From the human T2T-CHM13v2.0 reference genome, Homo sapiens, in NCBI GenBank assembly GCA_009914755.4, contig CP068257.2, positions 29,024,001 through 29,088,000 of the forward strand: DNA of 64,000 nucleotides, given 5' to 3'. Made by a program: the position numbers and the translations under genes. Each line of letters opens with the position of its first letter. The first letter of the stretch is position 1. This document shows, piece by piece, positions 35,130 to 49,285 of this stretch. Below the pieces are notes generated by a model, which had not been told where the DNA came from, searched no databases, and saw only the letters and a list, made by a program, of their open reading frames with translations.

Positions 35130-37615
35130 ACACTTAACATGAAATTAACTCTCTTAACAAATTTTTAAGTGCACAACACAGCATAGGTAAATATAGGCAT
35201 TATGTTGTACAGCAGATCTCAGAGCTTATTCTTCTTGCATCACTGATACTTTATACCCATTGAGTAGCAATTTCCCAGTTCTCCCTTCCTTCAGCCCCTG
35301 GCAACCACTATTCTACTTTCTGCTACTATAAGTTTGCCTATTTTAAATACCTCATGTAAGTAGAATCATACTTATTGGCTTATTTCACTTAGCATAATGT
35401 CTTCCAGGTTCATCCATATTGTTATATATGCCAGGATTTTCTTCCTTTTTAAGGCTGAAAAATATTCCATTGTATATATATACTACATTTTCTTTATTTA
35501 TTGATCAGCCAATAAACATTTAGGTAGTTTTCATATCTTGGCTATTTTGAATAATGCTGCAACAAAGATAGGAGTGCAAATATCTCTTAAGTTCCTGATT
35601 TCCATTATTTTAAATAGGTGCCCAGAAGTGTGATGGCTGAATCATATGGTAGCTTTACATTTTAATTTTTTGAGGAATGTTCATACCATTTTCCATACTG
35701 GCTGCACCATATTTTACATTTCCACCAACAGTGTACAGAGGTTCCAATTTCTCCATGTCCTCATCAATGGTTGTCTTTTTTATAATAGCCATCATAATAG
35801 GTATGAGATGGTATCTCATTGTGGTTTTGATTTGCATTCCCCTGATAATTAGTGATGTTGAGCATCTTTTCATGTACCTGTTGGTCATTTATATCTCTTC
35901 TCTGGAGAAATGCCTGTTAAGGTCTTTTGCCCATTTTTAATTGAGTTATTTGTTTGGGTTTTTTTTAATTTAGTTATTAGCTTGTATATATTGTGATTGT
36001 TAATCTCTTAACATATATATGATTTGAAAATATTGCCTCTGACTGCATAAGTTACCTTTCAATGTTGTTGGTTATTTCCCTTGCTGTGAAGAAGCTCTTT
36101 AGTTTGATATAGTACCACTTGTCTATTATGCTTTTTTTGCTTATGCTTTTGGTGTCATATCCAAGGTATCATAGCCAAGACCAATGATGTCATGAAGCTT
36201 TTCTCCTATGTTTTCTTCTACATGTTTTACAGTTTCAGGTCTTAGGTTAGTCTTTAATCCATTTTGAGTTGATTTTCATATATAATATAAATTAAGGGTC
36301 TGATGTTATTCTTTTTCATGTAGCTATCCAGTTCTTCCAACATTGTTCCTTGAAGGGACTGCTTTCCCCATTGTATATTCTTGCCACAATATGACAACTC
36401 CCAAAAGACCAGGTATAGAAGGAATTTACCACAATACTATGATGGTCACATATTAAAAGCCCACAACTAACATACTCAATTGTAAAAAAAATGGAAAGGT
36501 TTTCCTCTAAGGTCAAGAACAAGTCAAGGATGCTCATTCTGGCCATTTATATTTAAAATGCTACTTGAAGTTCTAGACAGAATAATTAGACAAGAAAAAT
36601 AAATAAAAGTCATACACATCAGAAAGGAAGAAGTAAAATTATCGCTACAAACGGCATGATCTTATGCACAGAAAACCCTAAAGACTTCACAGAAAAGCTG
36701 TTACAAGAAAATCAAAAACTTCAGTAAAGGTTCAGGATACAAAATCAACATACAAAAGTCAGTCGTGTTTATATACACTGACAACAAACTATCTAAAATG
36801 GAAATTAAGAAAATAATCCTATTTGTGATAGTATCAAAAAGAATAAAATAGGAATAAATTTAAGAAGATGAAAGATTTGTGCATTGAAAGCTACAAAGCA
36901 TGTATGAAAGAAATTAGACAAAATAAATGGAAAGATTTCTGATGTTTACGAATTGGATAACAATATTATTAAAATGTCCATATTACCCAAAGTGGTCTAC
37001 CAATACCAATTTTAATGCAGTACCTATAAAATCCCAGTGACAGTTTTCATAGAGATAAGAAAAACAATTCTGAAATTAATATAAAACCACAAAGGACCCA
37101 AAACACCCAAAGCAATTTTGAGAAAAAAGAACAAAGATAGAGGCATCACAATTTCTGATTTCAAAATATATTATAAAAATACAATAATTAAAACGGTATG
37201 AGATGGCATAACAAAGACATATAAACCAATGAAACAGGCCAGGTGTGGTGGCTCACGCCTGTAATCCCAGCACTTGGAGGGCGGAGGTGGGTGGATTACC
37301 TGAGACCAGGAGTTTGAGACCAGTCTGGCCAACATGGCAAAACCCCGTCTTTCCTAAAATAGAAAAGTTAGCTAGGCATGGTGGAGCATGCCTGTAGTGT
37401 CAGTTATTCAGGAAGCTCAGGCAGGAGAATCCCTAGAACCCAAGAGGTGGAGGTTGCAGTGAGCTAATATCACGCCACTGCACTCCAGCCTGGGTGACAG
37501 AGTGAGACACTGTCTCAAAAACAAGCAAACAAAAAAATGAAGTAAAAGAGAGACCCCAAAAATAAACCCATGTTTATACAGACAACTGATATTGGCAATT
37601 AACTTTGAATAAATT
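35130..37615 (-). mobile_element. Older L1 (L1M/L1P-type) on the minus strand, arranged like a twin-primed 5'-inverted element. Segment 35130-36330 is antisense on the plus strand (the L1 3' half, sense on minus). Segment 36331-37615 is sense on the plus strand (the inverted upstream ORF2 piece). An Alu later inserted at 37237-37537
   Basis: Minus-strand ORF 35655-35888 translates an L1 ORF2 C-terminus ('[32 protein letters not shown]'). Sequence 36331-37236 and 37538-37615 is sense L1 ORF2 ('...gtcagtcgtgtttatatacactgacaacaaac...cccaaagtggtctaccaataccaattttaatgcag...ccaaagcaattttgagaaaaaagaacaaag...'). The two pieces are adjacent in L1 coordinates at the 36330 junction. Confidence 0.55.
37237..37537 (+). 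mobile_element. Full-length Alu (S-type) inserted into L1 ORF2 sequence; approximate target-site duplication 'aaatgaa'
   Basis: 'ggccaggtgtggtggctcacgcctgtaatcccagcacttggagggcggaggtgggtggattacctgagaccaggagtttgagaccagtctggccaacatggcaaaaccccgtc...ctgtctcaaaaacaagcaaacaaaaaaa'. Confidence 0.95.
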
Positions 37616-38260
37616 CTGTATACCTTGTCCTTTCACAATTTTTGATTTAGCAATTTATCAGGAATTATTTTAATAACTGCTTCACATGGTAGTTTTTAGG
37701 AGAAGAAATAAAAAACTCATTGTAAATTATAAGGCTTCATACAAATATAAGATGTTATGACTCATTATAACTTTCCAAAGTTATCTTTTATTTTACATTA
37801 GGTTGAAGACATTAATACTCAGAAAATTCGGCTTGGAAACTTAGTTGAATTTGGCCAAAAATTTTTTAAATCAGCTTTTTAAAAATGACCCTGTTAAACA
37901 TTTACACAAAAAGCAACTTTTATTTTTAAATTAGCTAGTTTGGCTAAATTTGAATACTTCTAGTAAATTAATAAAACTAGGTTCAGTTATAGCTTGAAGA
38001 TTTTTTTTTTCAGTGTTTTGCAAATTATCATGTTTTAATCCCTTGAAATAGTAAGCAAGTAGAATCATTGTAACATTATGCTGGGAAGCTCTATTTTCAG
38101 AGAACATAAATTTAATTGATAGCAGCTCAGCTTTTTTCCATTTAACACTATGAACTTGTTGGTAATATTTTATTAGAAGTTAGATTTCTATGGCTAAAAG
38201 TGAGTTTGAAAAATACTGCTTTGTGTTATATTTTATAGACTCCATAAAACCTGTCATATA

Positions 38261-38608
<348 letters not shown>

Positions 38609-38899
38609 CTACAGTTATTTTATTAATTTATGGGGGAGCATATATAAATTACTTAATAAAATTTATTTTTAAAGGAGTTCTACATTCACAAAAAAACTGA
38701 GCAGAGCACAGAGTTCCTATACATACCCTTCCCTCACCTATGCACCCCCATTATGAACATCCCCACCAGGGTGGTACATTTGCTACAATTGATGAACCTA
38801 TATTGACACATCATCACCAAAATTCCATAATTTACATTAGGGTTTATTCATGGTGTTGTACATTCTATGGATTTTGAAAAATATATAATGACATGTAGC

Positions 38900-39790
38900 C
38901 ACCACTAAATATACAGAATAGTTTCACTGCCCTAAATCTCCTCTGTGCTCCATCTATTCATTTCTCCCTCCCCTCAATTCCTGGCAACTAATGAGCTCTT
39001 AACTGTCTTTATAGTTTTGCCTTTTCCAGATTGTCATGGGGTTGGAATGATACAGTATACAGCCTTTTCAGATTGGTTGCTTTCACTCAGTAATTTGCAT
39101 TTCAGGTTCTCCAGGTCTTTTCAGGACTGGACAGCTCATTTTTTTTAAGTTCTTGACAGCTCATTTCTTTTAAGTCCTGGATAGTATTTCGTTGTCTAAA
39201 TGTAGAACAGTTTATTTATCAATTCACCTATTGAAGGATGAAGGACATCTGGTTTGCTTCCAAGCTTTAACAATTATGAATAAATCTGCCATAAACATTA
39301 GTGTGCAAGTTTTTGTATGGACATACATTTTCAATTCCTTTATGCAAATGATAAAGAGTGTTATTGCTGGGTTATGTGATAAGAGTATGTTTAGTTTTGT
39401 AAGATACCACCAAATTGTCTTTCAAAGAAACCACAATTTGGCATTCTCTCCATCTGGTAGGTGAGAGTTCCTGTTGCTCTACATCCTTGTCAACGTTTGG
39501 CATTGTCAATGACCATTCTAGTCGGTTTTTGCTAATACCTCATTATAGTTTTAATTTGCAACTCCTTAATGAAATATGATGTTGAGCATCTTTTCATATG
39601 CCTATTTGCCATCTGTACATATTCTTCAATGAGGTGTTTGTTCAGGTCTTTTGTCTACTTTTGAATCTAGTCATTCATTTCTTATTGTTGAATTTTAAGA
39701 AAGTTTTGTGTATTTTGGATAAGAGCCCTTTATCAGTTGTGTCTTAGCAAATATTTTCTCCCATTCTGTGGCTTATTTTCTCATTTACTT
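38900..39790 (-). mobile_element. Ancient L1 (L1M-type) 3' end in antisense orientation
   Basis: 'ctcccctcaattcctggcaactaatgagctcttaactgtctttatagttttgccttttccag...ggttgctttcactcagtaatttgcatttcaggttctccaggtc...gatgaaggacatctggtttgcttccaagctttaacaattatgaataaatctgccataaacattagtgtgcaagtttttgtatggacatac...atgttgagcatcttttcatatgcctatttgccatctgtacat'. Confidence 0.7.
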
Positions 39791-41587
39791 GACATCCATT
39801 AACTTTGAAATCAAATCTGCACTCTGTATTTCAAACCTTACACAAATATGTGTTATGGATTGTTTTAATACCATCTCTATTTGACTTCACTAACAACCAT
39901 TTTGTTCTTCCTTTTAAAGTCATTCAAATCTCACATTCTTACTGAGGATATCACTAAGTGACCACGTTATATCTTCTAAACAAAATGCAAAAGAAATGGA
40001 AACAGAAGACACCAAAGGAATATCTTTCATTCTGATTACCTAAACTCATGACATTGAGAATATTGGCATTGAAAAAGACCTACCGTCCTATGACAAAACC
40101 ACCATGTTTCCAGATACTTTTTAAAGTATAAATATAACATTGGAGATTTGTTTCATTTCATTATGCTATGCGTAACATAGCCATCAGTTTTCATATTTAA
40201 ACTTTTCCTGATCAAGGACATAATCTGTATTCAGCATGTTGGCTGGCCACAGGACATTCTTTGCTAGCAAGCAAATTACTTTAAAATATTTAAAAATAAT
40301 ACCTTAAAGGAAAAAGCACAGAAACTTACCTCCATTTAAAGTACATAAGGACAAATGGGAGGAAAATGTTTGGTTCATTATTTTACTGAATCGTGGTTGA
40401 AGTTATGGCCATAAATAAATTTGAAATTATATTCATAACTGTATCTTACTCAAGACCCTAGGACAATTGGCACAATTACACATAATGGCAAGCACATTGC
40501 ATTTCCCTCGTGTTGTTTTATGTACAGAGAGGGTAGTTTTACTATATGCAATGATCTTTTAATATTGGAAAAATACTTGAGAGTATTGGAGATCACATTT
40601 GTACCAGTGAAAGTGGATAATAAGTGCTTTAAAATTAAAAAAAAAAAGTACCAGTGAAGGTCAGAATTTGAAGATGTATGTAGGTGGTAGAAATCTTGGC
40701 CCACAAACTCGAATGTGAAAAACACGTTTTCATTATTTGAATCAGTGTATTATGTTTCTAAACTCCTGTGCCAGTACACAAAAATAGAATGTATCCCTTC
40801 TTTGGGAGAGTCCACCATTTTAACTGTATTCAGCCTCTTTAAAAATTACTCTGAGTCCCATTTTTTTAATCTAAAAAAAGAAGCATAAATGACCTATGTA
40901 AGTCACAATAAAAATTAAACATACTAGTCAGAGATATGGATAGCAATTTATACCTCTGTTCCCCTTCATTTTCACTGATGACTGATTCTCTGTCTCAGCA
41001 TTTTCTAAATTTACTATGCCCAAATATTTTCCATCTTAAGAACAATTTCCTCTTTGCCTTGTATTTTCCTTTACCATATCCCTTTTCTTTTTATTTTTAC
41101 AATAAATTTCATTATTTTTTACTTCATAAATAATTCATGAACATATAATTTAAAACAAATAGATCATTACAGAAAAAGCCAAAGACCATTTTGAAAATGA
41201 CTACTAATCAATGTCCCCTCCTCCTCTGCAAATAAAGCAAACTAATTTACCAATTGGAAAACTTACTGCAAAACTTATTTTTCTTTTTCTCTGCATTTAA
41301 CATATAAATAACTAGCTTTAGAAAATACATTAGGAAGTGGTATACTTTAACCCCAAATGAAATATTATGTACAATTCTTCCATTAAGTTTTCCTCTTAAA
41401 ATACCTTTAAAAATCTTTCTAGCTATGTCTCTCATTAAAAATCAAAACAATAAGGCATTGCATAGAATTACATAGCATGAATATGTCATATTAATAGTTT
41501 ATACACACTTATATTGCTAAACATGTAGGTTATTTGTAATTTTTCCCTGTCAGAAACACTATTACATTGTGTTACAAATGTGAATTC

Positions 41588-43848
41588 TACATTAGTTTGC
41601 TTCCATGCTGCTGATAAAGACACCCTAGACTGGGTAATTTATACAGGAAAAAGATTTTAATAGACTTAGAGTTCCGCATGACTGAGGAGGCCTCACAATC
41701 ATGGCAGAAGGCAAGGAGGAGCAAGTCACATCTTACATGGATGGCTGCTGGAAAAGAGAGAGCTTGTGCAGAGAAACTCTCCCTTATAGAACCATCAGAT
41801 CTTGTCAGATTTTTTTCACTATCACGAGAACAGCACAGGAAATCCTGCTCCCATGATTCAATTACCTCCCACTGGGTCACTCCCACAATATGTGGGAAAT
41901 CAAGATGTGATTTGCGTAGGGACACAGCCAAACCATATCATTCCACCACTGGCCCCTCCTAGACCTCATGTCCTCACATTTCAAAACCAATCACACCTTC
42001 TCAACAGTCCCCAAAGTCTTAACTCATTTCAGCATTAACTCAAAAGTCCACAGTCCAAAGTCTTATCTGAGACAAGGCTTCCTTCCTTCCCTTCTGCCTA
42101 TGAGCCTGTAAAATCAAAAGCAGGTTAGTTACTTCCCAGATACAATGGGGGTACAGGCATTGGGTAAATGAAGCCATTCCAAATGGGAGAAATTGGCCAA
42201 AACAAAGGGGTTACAGGGCCTGTGCAAGTCTAAAATCCAGCAGGGCAGTCAAATTTTAAAGCTCCAAAATGATCTCCTTTGAAACCATGTCTCACATCCA
42301 GGTCACACTTATGCAACAGATAGGCTCTCATGGCCTTGGACAGCTCTGCCCCTGTGGCTTTGCAGGGTATAGCCCCCATCCCCATCCTGGCTGCTTTCAT
42401 GGAATGGCGTTGAGTACATTTCCAAGCACACAATACAAGCTGTTGGTGGATGTACTATTCTGGGGTTGCGGGGATGGTGGCCCTCTTCTCGCAGGTCCAC
42501 TAGGTGGTGCCCCAGTAGGGATTCTGTATGGGGTCTCTGACCCCACATTTCCCTTTCACACTGGTCTAGTGGAGGTTCACCATGAGGGCCTCACTCCCAC
42601 AGCAAACTTCTGCCTGGGCATTCAAGTGTTTCCATATATCCTCTGAAATCTAGGTATAGTTCCCCAAACCTCAATTTTTGACTTCCATGCACCCACAGGC
42701 TCAGCACCACATGCAAGCTGCCAAGGCTTGAAACTTGCCCCTCTGAAGCAACAGCCCAAGCTGTACCTTGGCCCCTTTTAGCTGTGGCTGGAGCAGCTGA
42801 GACACAGGGCACCAAGTTCCTAGTGGGAGTCCTGGGACCAGTCCATGAAATCATTCTTTTCCCCTAGGCTTCTGGGCCTGTGATTGGAGGGGCTGCCACA
42901 AAGGTCTCTGACATGTCCTGGAGACATTTTCCCCATTGTCTTGGGGATTAACATTTGGCTCCTCATTACTGATGCAAATTTCTGCAGCTGGCTTGAATAT
43001 CTCTTGAGAAAATGAAATTTTCTTTTCTATTGCATTGTCAGGCTGCAAATTTTTCAATCTTTTATGCTCTGCTTCTCTTATAAAACTGAATGCCTTTAAC
43101 AGCACCCAAGTCACCTCTTGAATGCTTTGCTGCTTAGAAATGTCTTCGGCCAGATACCCTAAATCATCTCTCTCAAGTTAAAAGTTCTGCAAGTCTAGGG
43201 CAGGGGCAAAATGCTGCCAGCCTCTTTGCTAAAACATAGCAAGAGTCGCTTTTGCTCCATTTCCCAACAAGTTCCTCATCTCCATCTGAGACCTCCTCAA
43301 CCTGGATTTCATTGTCCATATCATTATCAACATTTTGGTCAAAGCCATTCAACAGGTCTCTAGGGAGTTCCAACGTTCCCACATTTTCCTATCTTCTTCT
43401 GAGCCCTCCAAACTGTTCCAACCCTGCCTGTTACCCAGTTCCAAAGTCACTTCCACATTTTCAGGTATCTTTTCTGCAGGTCCCCACTCTACTGGTTCCA
43501 ATTTACTCTATTAGTTCATTTTCACACTTCCCAAAAAGACATACCTGAGACTGGGTAATTTATACAGGAAAGGGGTTTAATGGACTTACCATTCCACGTG
43601 GCTGGGGAGGCCTCACAATCATGGCGGAAGGTGAAATGCATGTCTTACATTGGTGGGAAGCAAGAGAGAGCTTGTGCAGAGAAACTCCCCCTTATAGAAC
43701 CATCAGATCTGGTGAGACTTATTCGCTATCACAAGAACAGCACAGGAAAGACCTGCCCCCATGATTCAATTACACTTCACCAGTTGCCTCCCACAACATG
43801 TAGGAATTCAAGATGAGATTTGGGTAGGGACACAGCCAAACCATATCA
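41588..43848 (-). mobile_element. Full-length THE1-type ERVL-MaLR element in reverse orientation: LTR about 41588-41955, internal about 41956-43499, LTR about 43500-43848
   Basis: Both ends carry reverse-complement THE1 LTR sequence ('tacattagtttgcttccatgctgctgataaagacaccctagactgggtaatttatacagg...cacagccaaaccatatca'). The internal region is homologous to 11295-12874; for example, minus ORF 42851-43114 'MTWVLLKAFSFIREAEHKRLKNLQPDNAIEKKISF...' matches plus ORF 11691-11999 'MTWVLLKTFSFKREAEHKSLENLQPDNEIEKKIPF...'. Confidence 0.85.
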
Positions 43849-44194
43849 CTCTATATATGTCTCAGAGTAGTTTTTAGTGTTCTGTACAACATATATATTT
43901 TAAAAAAAACATTTTGTGTTGTAGGGCATGTACATTTTTAAAAATAGATACTAAAAAGAATGTTCTCTGATTCTCTTATTATACTGTAATTCACAATGTA
44001 TGAGAATACTCATTCACCCACACTTTTGCTTAATATATGAGGAAGTTTTAATTTTAATAAATGCGATTGGTGAAAATGGTTTGTTAATCTCTTAATTTGC
44101 ATTACCCCATTATTGGTGAACTTGAGCATCATTTTAATTTTTCTGGATACTTGCATTTTCACTTCTTTAAATTTCTCTTCAAATCCTTTGCTTA

Positions 44195-44560
44195 TTTGTT
44201 TTTTGAGTTTTAATTTTTTATTGCTGTAGAATATACATAACATAAATTCTACTATCTTAGCCATTTTTAAATGAACAGTTCAGTGTCATTAAGTACACTC
44301 AATTTGTGGTGTATCCATCACCACTCTCCATCTCTAGACCATTTTCATTATCCCAAACTGAAACTCTGAACTTAATAAACACTAAATTACCAATTCCCTC
44401 TCCCCCAGGCCCTGGCAAGTACTATTTTACTTTCTGTTTCCATGAATTTGGCTATTATAGATACCTTATATATGTGGAATCATACAATACTTTGTTTACC
44501 CATTTGCATCTGGCTTGTTTCACTTAGCATAATATATTCAAAGCCTTTGCTCATTCATTA
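44195..44560 (-). mobile_element. Old L1 (L1M-type) 3'-end fragment, antisense
   Basis: 'gccatttttaaatgaacagttcagtgtcattaagtacactcaatttgtggtgtatccatcaccactctccatctctagaccattttcattatcccaaactgaaactctgaac...ccccaggccctggcaagtactattttactttctgtttccatgaatttggctattatag...ggcttgtttcacttagcataatat'. Confidence 0.65.
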
Positions 44561-44700
44561 TTGAGTTGTCTTTTCTTATTATCTTTATGACTATAGATAT
44601 TAGTAATATATTCTTGATTGATAAATTCCACTGCTCAAAAACCACCTGTAGTAAAACAAAGTTAGATCTATTAATTTGCAGCATCAACAAAGAGTATATA

Positions 44701-44741
44701 ATGTGTGTGTGTGTGTGTGTGAGTGTGTGTGTGTGTGTGTT
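44701..44741. repeat. (GT)n microsatellite
   Basis: 'atgtgtgtgtgtgtgtgtgtgagtgtgtgtgtgtgtgtgtt'. Confidence 0.9.
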
Positions 44742-44793
44742 GAGGCGGTGGGAAGTTATCTTTGAGCATCACAAAAGATGGGGGAAGGGCAAG

Positions 44794-45160
44794 TGTTATG
44801 GACTGAATATCTGTGTCCCCCAACAAAATTTATATGTTGATATCCCGACCCCTAATGTGATGGTATTAGGAGATGGGATCTGAAGAAAGTGATTTGATTA
44901 TAAAAGTGGAACCCTCATGAATGGGATTAGTACTCTTATTTAAAAAGATTCCAGAGACCTTCCTCACTCCTTCTGCAACATGATGGTACAGCAGGAAGGC
45001 ACCATCCATGAATGTGGCAGATGGCTCCTACTAAATCTGCTGGTAATGTGAATCTTGGACTTCCCAGCCTCTAGAGCTGTGAGAAATAAATGTCTGTTTT
45101 TTAATAATCTACCCAGCCTATGATATTTTGTTATAGCAGCTCAAACAGACTAAGACATCA
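44794..45160 (+). mobile_element. MaLR-group LTR (MST/MLT-type)
   Basis: 'tgttatggactgaatatctgtgtcccccaacaaaatttatatgttgatatcccgacccctaatgtgatggtattaggagatgggatctgaagaaagtgatttgattataaaagtggaaccctcatgaatgggattagtactcttat...cttggacttcccagcctctagagctgtgagaaataaatgtctgttttttaataatctacccagcctatgatattttgttatagcagctcaaacagactaagaca'. Confidence 0.6.
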
Positions 45161-46714
45161 CCCGTTGAGGAAGAATATTTATAAAGTTTTGAGGGCTGAT
45201 ATTACATCATCAGATTGCATTGGCAAGAATTGGTATGATTTGTAAATTAGGATGTTACTGGAATATTCAATGGCTTTCTTTAGAATATATAATCTCTGTA
45301 AAGTCACTTTTAGACAAATTTGTCTGTGGTCTTATCTTAAACTATTTAAATTTCATTAAAATGGTGTTAAAACATTTTGAACTTAGTCTGTAATATACTT
45401 ATAACTTAATCTGGTCATGATGTGTGTGACTCAGGATATGTTTTGTAAGTTGTGATTTATGCTTAAATCTCAGTTTTCCATTCCGTGTAGCTTCCACAGG
45501 GTCATGTTTCACTCTTTAGCATAATAATTATTTGTTTATTAAATACAATAGAAATATTTTCTCAAAGTTGCTACATTAACTTTATTATGTGTTTTCTTTT
45601 AGTCAAATTATTTTATATTTTACTTTTTTCTTAAGACAATCTTTAATTGACCTATAAATTCATAAGATATTCTTCTATGTTTTCTTTTTTAATTAAGGTG
45701 AAATTTACATAATATAAAATTAATTATTTGGAGTGTAATTTAGTGCACTGACAGTGCTGTGCAATCACCACTTCTATCAAGTTCCAAAATATTTTCATCA
45801 ACCCAAAAGGAAATACCACACCTATTCAAGGGTTGCTTCTCTTTCTTCTCTTCCACAGTTTCCATATTTTGTTAATGTTTTCTAGTTGCTAAATTTTATT
45901 TTTAGAACTTTAATCTATTGGGGAATATATTAGGTTTGGTTCCGATTTTTTAATTGAATTGTAATTGCCACATTTATTACATACCAAATATTTCTTTTAC
46001 TGTAAGTCCATTTCTGCATGTTCTACTTCATTCACTTCATTAATCTATCAATTCATCTTCCAAAATATAATTCCAATCACTATACCTTTACTACATGTCT
46101 TAATATCTGGTAATACAAATCTTACCTTTATGTTCTTTTTATTAATTTTTTTGCAAATGCCTTTAAATGTCAAGGATGACAACTTTAAAAGAAGAGCTAA
46201 AAAAGACTGAAAAGCTGAGCAGAGCTTTCAGTGGTCACCAGGCACTCAATAGAAGAAAAGTACATTTGAGAATTTGCTAAAAGAGAAATTTTACTAAAAA
46301 GTCAAAGCTGTCTCACCTGATACGCCTAGAAGGCTATATCTTAGGGAAAGTGGTTAAATCAGAGGTAGAGAAAGTTTTACAAAGTGTAAAATCCGGGTTA
46401 GTTAATTTCCTGATTGAACTGAGGAAATCTGTCTTTATGCAAGCTGTTGGAAGGTAGAACTAATCATATCAGTAGGAAAAATATTATACAGTTCTTCAAC
46501 AGTTTTCTAAATATACAATGTTTAGTACTCAAAAAATTACTATGAATGCAAGAAACAAGACTAAGAGAAAATAACACAATAGATCAAGACCCACAGGCGA
46601 TCCAGATAGCATAAACATCAGTTGTGATATATAAAATACTAGCGATTAATAGGATCAAAAAGTAGATGAAAAGAGTAAGAATTCTACCAGAGAATTGAAA
46701 TTTATTTTTAAAAT

Positions 46715-47065
46715 CAAGTGTAAATGTTTTAGTTCATTTTCTGTCATTTATAACAGAATACTTGAAACTGGGTAATATATAAAGAAAAGAAATTTATTTC
46801 TGACACTTATGGAGGCTGAGAAGTCCAAGGTCACTGGTCCACTTCTGGTGAGATATTCTTGCTGGTGGGGACTCTCCTCAGAGTTCCAAGGTGGCAAAGG
46901 GCATCACAAGACAGGGTGACTCAATGGGCTAGGTCAGATCTCTTTCCTTTTCTTATAAAGCCACCAGTTCCATGCCATGATAACCTATTAATTCATTAAC
47001 CCACCAATCCATTAATTCATAAGTCTATGAATGAATTAAGCCTTCATGAGGGCAGAGAACAACAT
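46715..47065 (-). mobile_element. MaLR-group LTR, reverse orientation
   Basis: 'tataacagaatacttgaaactgggtaatatataaagaaaagaaatttatttctgacacttatggaggctgagaagtccaaggtcactgg...cttataaagccaccag'. Confidence 0.55.
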
Positions 47066-47554
47066 TTATTTATTTCATAAAACATTATTATTTTATCTTC
47101 AAAATAAAAATACAGTAGAAAGGTATTAAAGCTAAAAGTTTATTCTTTTGAAACACTAATAAAATGAACAAACTTTGTACTATCAAAGGAATAGAAAAAA
47201 ACAAATAAATTACCACTGTTGCTAGTAATAGATATATGACAATATATTCTGCAGAACATAAATGTAATAAGAAATCATTCTAGGTAACCTTATACCAGTG
47301 CATTTGAAAATATAAAGAAATAGACATGACTTGAAAGTAATAAAAGAGGAAATACAACACTTAAATAATTCTATATCTATTACAAAAAGTGAATCTTTAA
47401 TTTAAAACATCTCGTAAGGTAATATCAGGCCTAAAGGGCTTCAATGGGCTATATTCTCAATCACTCAAGGGAGAAATAATGCCAACCTAATGTAAACTAA
47501 ACTAGATTATAGAAAAAGAGGATAGCAATGGTCATAATAGCCTTGATTTTACTT

Positions 47555-49285
47555 TTCAACCTCTATTTTAGGTTCAGAGGTATAAGTGCAGGATTGTTAT
47601 ATAGGTAAATTGCATGTCACAGGGGTTTTGTGTACAGATTCTTTCACCACTCAGGTAATAAGCATAGTACCGGATAGGTAGTTTTTTTAAATCCTCACTC
47701 TCCTCTCTCCCTCCACCCTCAATTAGACCCCATTGTCTGTTGCTCCCTTCTTTGTGTCTATATATACTCAATGTTTACTTCCCATTTGTAAGTGGAAACA
47801 TGCACTATTTGGTTTTCTGTTCTTGTCTTAGTTCACTTAGGATAATGACCTCCAGCTCCATTTATGTTGTTACAAAGGACAAGAAAGATCTCATTCCTTT
47901 TATGGCTATGTATCATTCCATGAAGTATATGTACCACATTCTCCTAATCCAGTCTACCACTGGTGGGCATTTAGATTGATCTGATGTCTTTGATATTGTG
48001 AATAGTGCTACAATGAACATAAACATAGAAGTGTCTTTATGATAGAATAATTTATATTCCTTTGGGTATATACCCAATAATGAGATTGATGGGTTGAATG
48101 GTAATTCTGCTTTGAGTTTTTTGAGAAATCGCCAAATTGCTTCCGCAGTGGCTGAACTAATTTACATTTCCACCAGTAGTTTTTAAGTGTTCCCTGTTCT
48201 CTGCAGCCTTGCCAGCATCTGATACTTTTTGACTTTTATGTAGTAGCCATTCTGACTGTTGTGAGATGGTATCTCACTGTAGTTTTGATTTGCATTTCTA
48301 TAATGATTAGTGATGTTGAGCATTTTTCATATGCTTGTTGGCTACATGTATGTCTTCTTTTGAGAAGTATCTGTGCATGTCATTTGTCCACTTTTTAATG
48401 GGTTTTTTGTTTTTTGTTTGTTTTGCTTGTTGATTAGTTTAAGTTTCTTATAGATTATGGGTGTTAGACCTTTATCCGTTGATTAGTTTGCAAGTATTTA
48501 CTCCCATTCTATAGGTTGTCTGCTTATTCTGTTGATAGTTTCTTTTGCTGTGCAGAAGCTCTTCGGTTTAACAAGGTCCCATTTGTCAATTTTTGTTTTT
48601 GTTGCAGTTGCTATGGCATCTTCGTCATGAAATCTTTGCCACATCAGATGTCCAGAATGGTATTTCTTAGGTTACTTTCCAGGGCTTTTATACTTTGAGG
48701 TTTACATTTAAGTATTTAATCTATCTTGAGTTGATTTTTGTATATGGTGTAAGGAAGGTGTCTAGTTTCAATCTGCATGTGGGTGGCCAGTTATCCCAGA
48801 ACCATTCATTGAATAGGCAGTCCTTTCCCCATTACTTGTTTTTGTCTACTTGTTGAAGATCAGATGGTTATAGGTGTATGGCTCATTTCTGGGCTCTCTA
48901 TTCTGTTTCATTGGTCTATGAGTCTGTTTTTATACCAGTACCATGCTGTTTTGGTCACTGTAGTCTTGTAGCATAGTTTGAAGTCAGGCATAATGCCTCT
49001 GGCTTTGTTCTTTTTGTTTAGAATTGCCTTGGTTCCATATGAATTTTTTAATAGTTTTTTTCTAATTTTGTGAAGAGTATCATTGGTAGTTTAATAGGAA
49101 TAGCATTGAATCCGTAAATTTCTCTGAACAGTATGGCCATTTAAACAACATTGAATCTTCCTATCCATGAGAATGGAATGTTTTTCCATTTGCTTGTGTC
49201 ATCTCTGATTACTTTGAGCAGTGTTTTGTAATTTTTGACATAGAGCACTTTCACCTCCCTGATTAGCTGTATTCCTAGAATAACC
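47555..49285 (-). mobile_element. L1 (L1P-type), 3' end back into ORF2, in antisense orientation (about 1.7 kb)
   Basis: Minus ORF 49141-49332 translates the L1 ORF2 segment '...[30 protein letters not shown]'. Antisense nucleotide hallmarks are present throughout ('ctattttaggttcagaggtataagtgcagg', 'gatattgtgaatagtgctacaatgaacat', 'ctgttgtgagatggtatctcactgtagttttgatttgcatttctataatgattagtgatgttgagcatttttcatatgc', 'cagaagctcttcggtttaacaaggtcccatttgtcaatttttg'). Confidence 0.85.
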
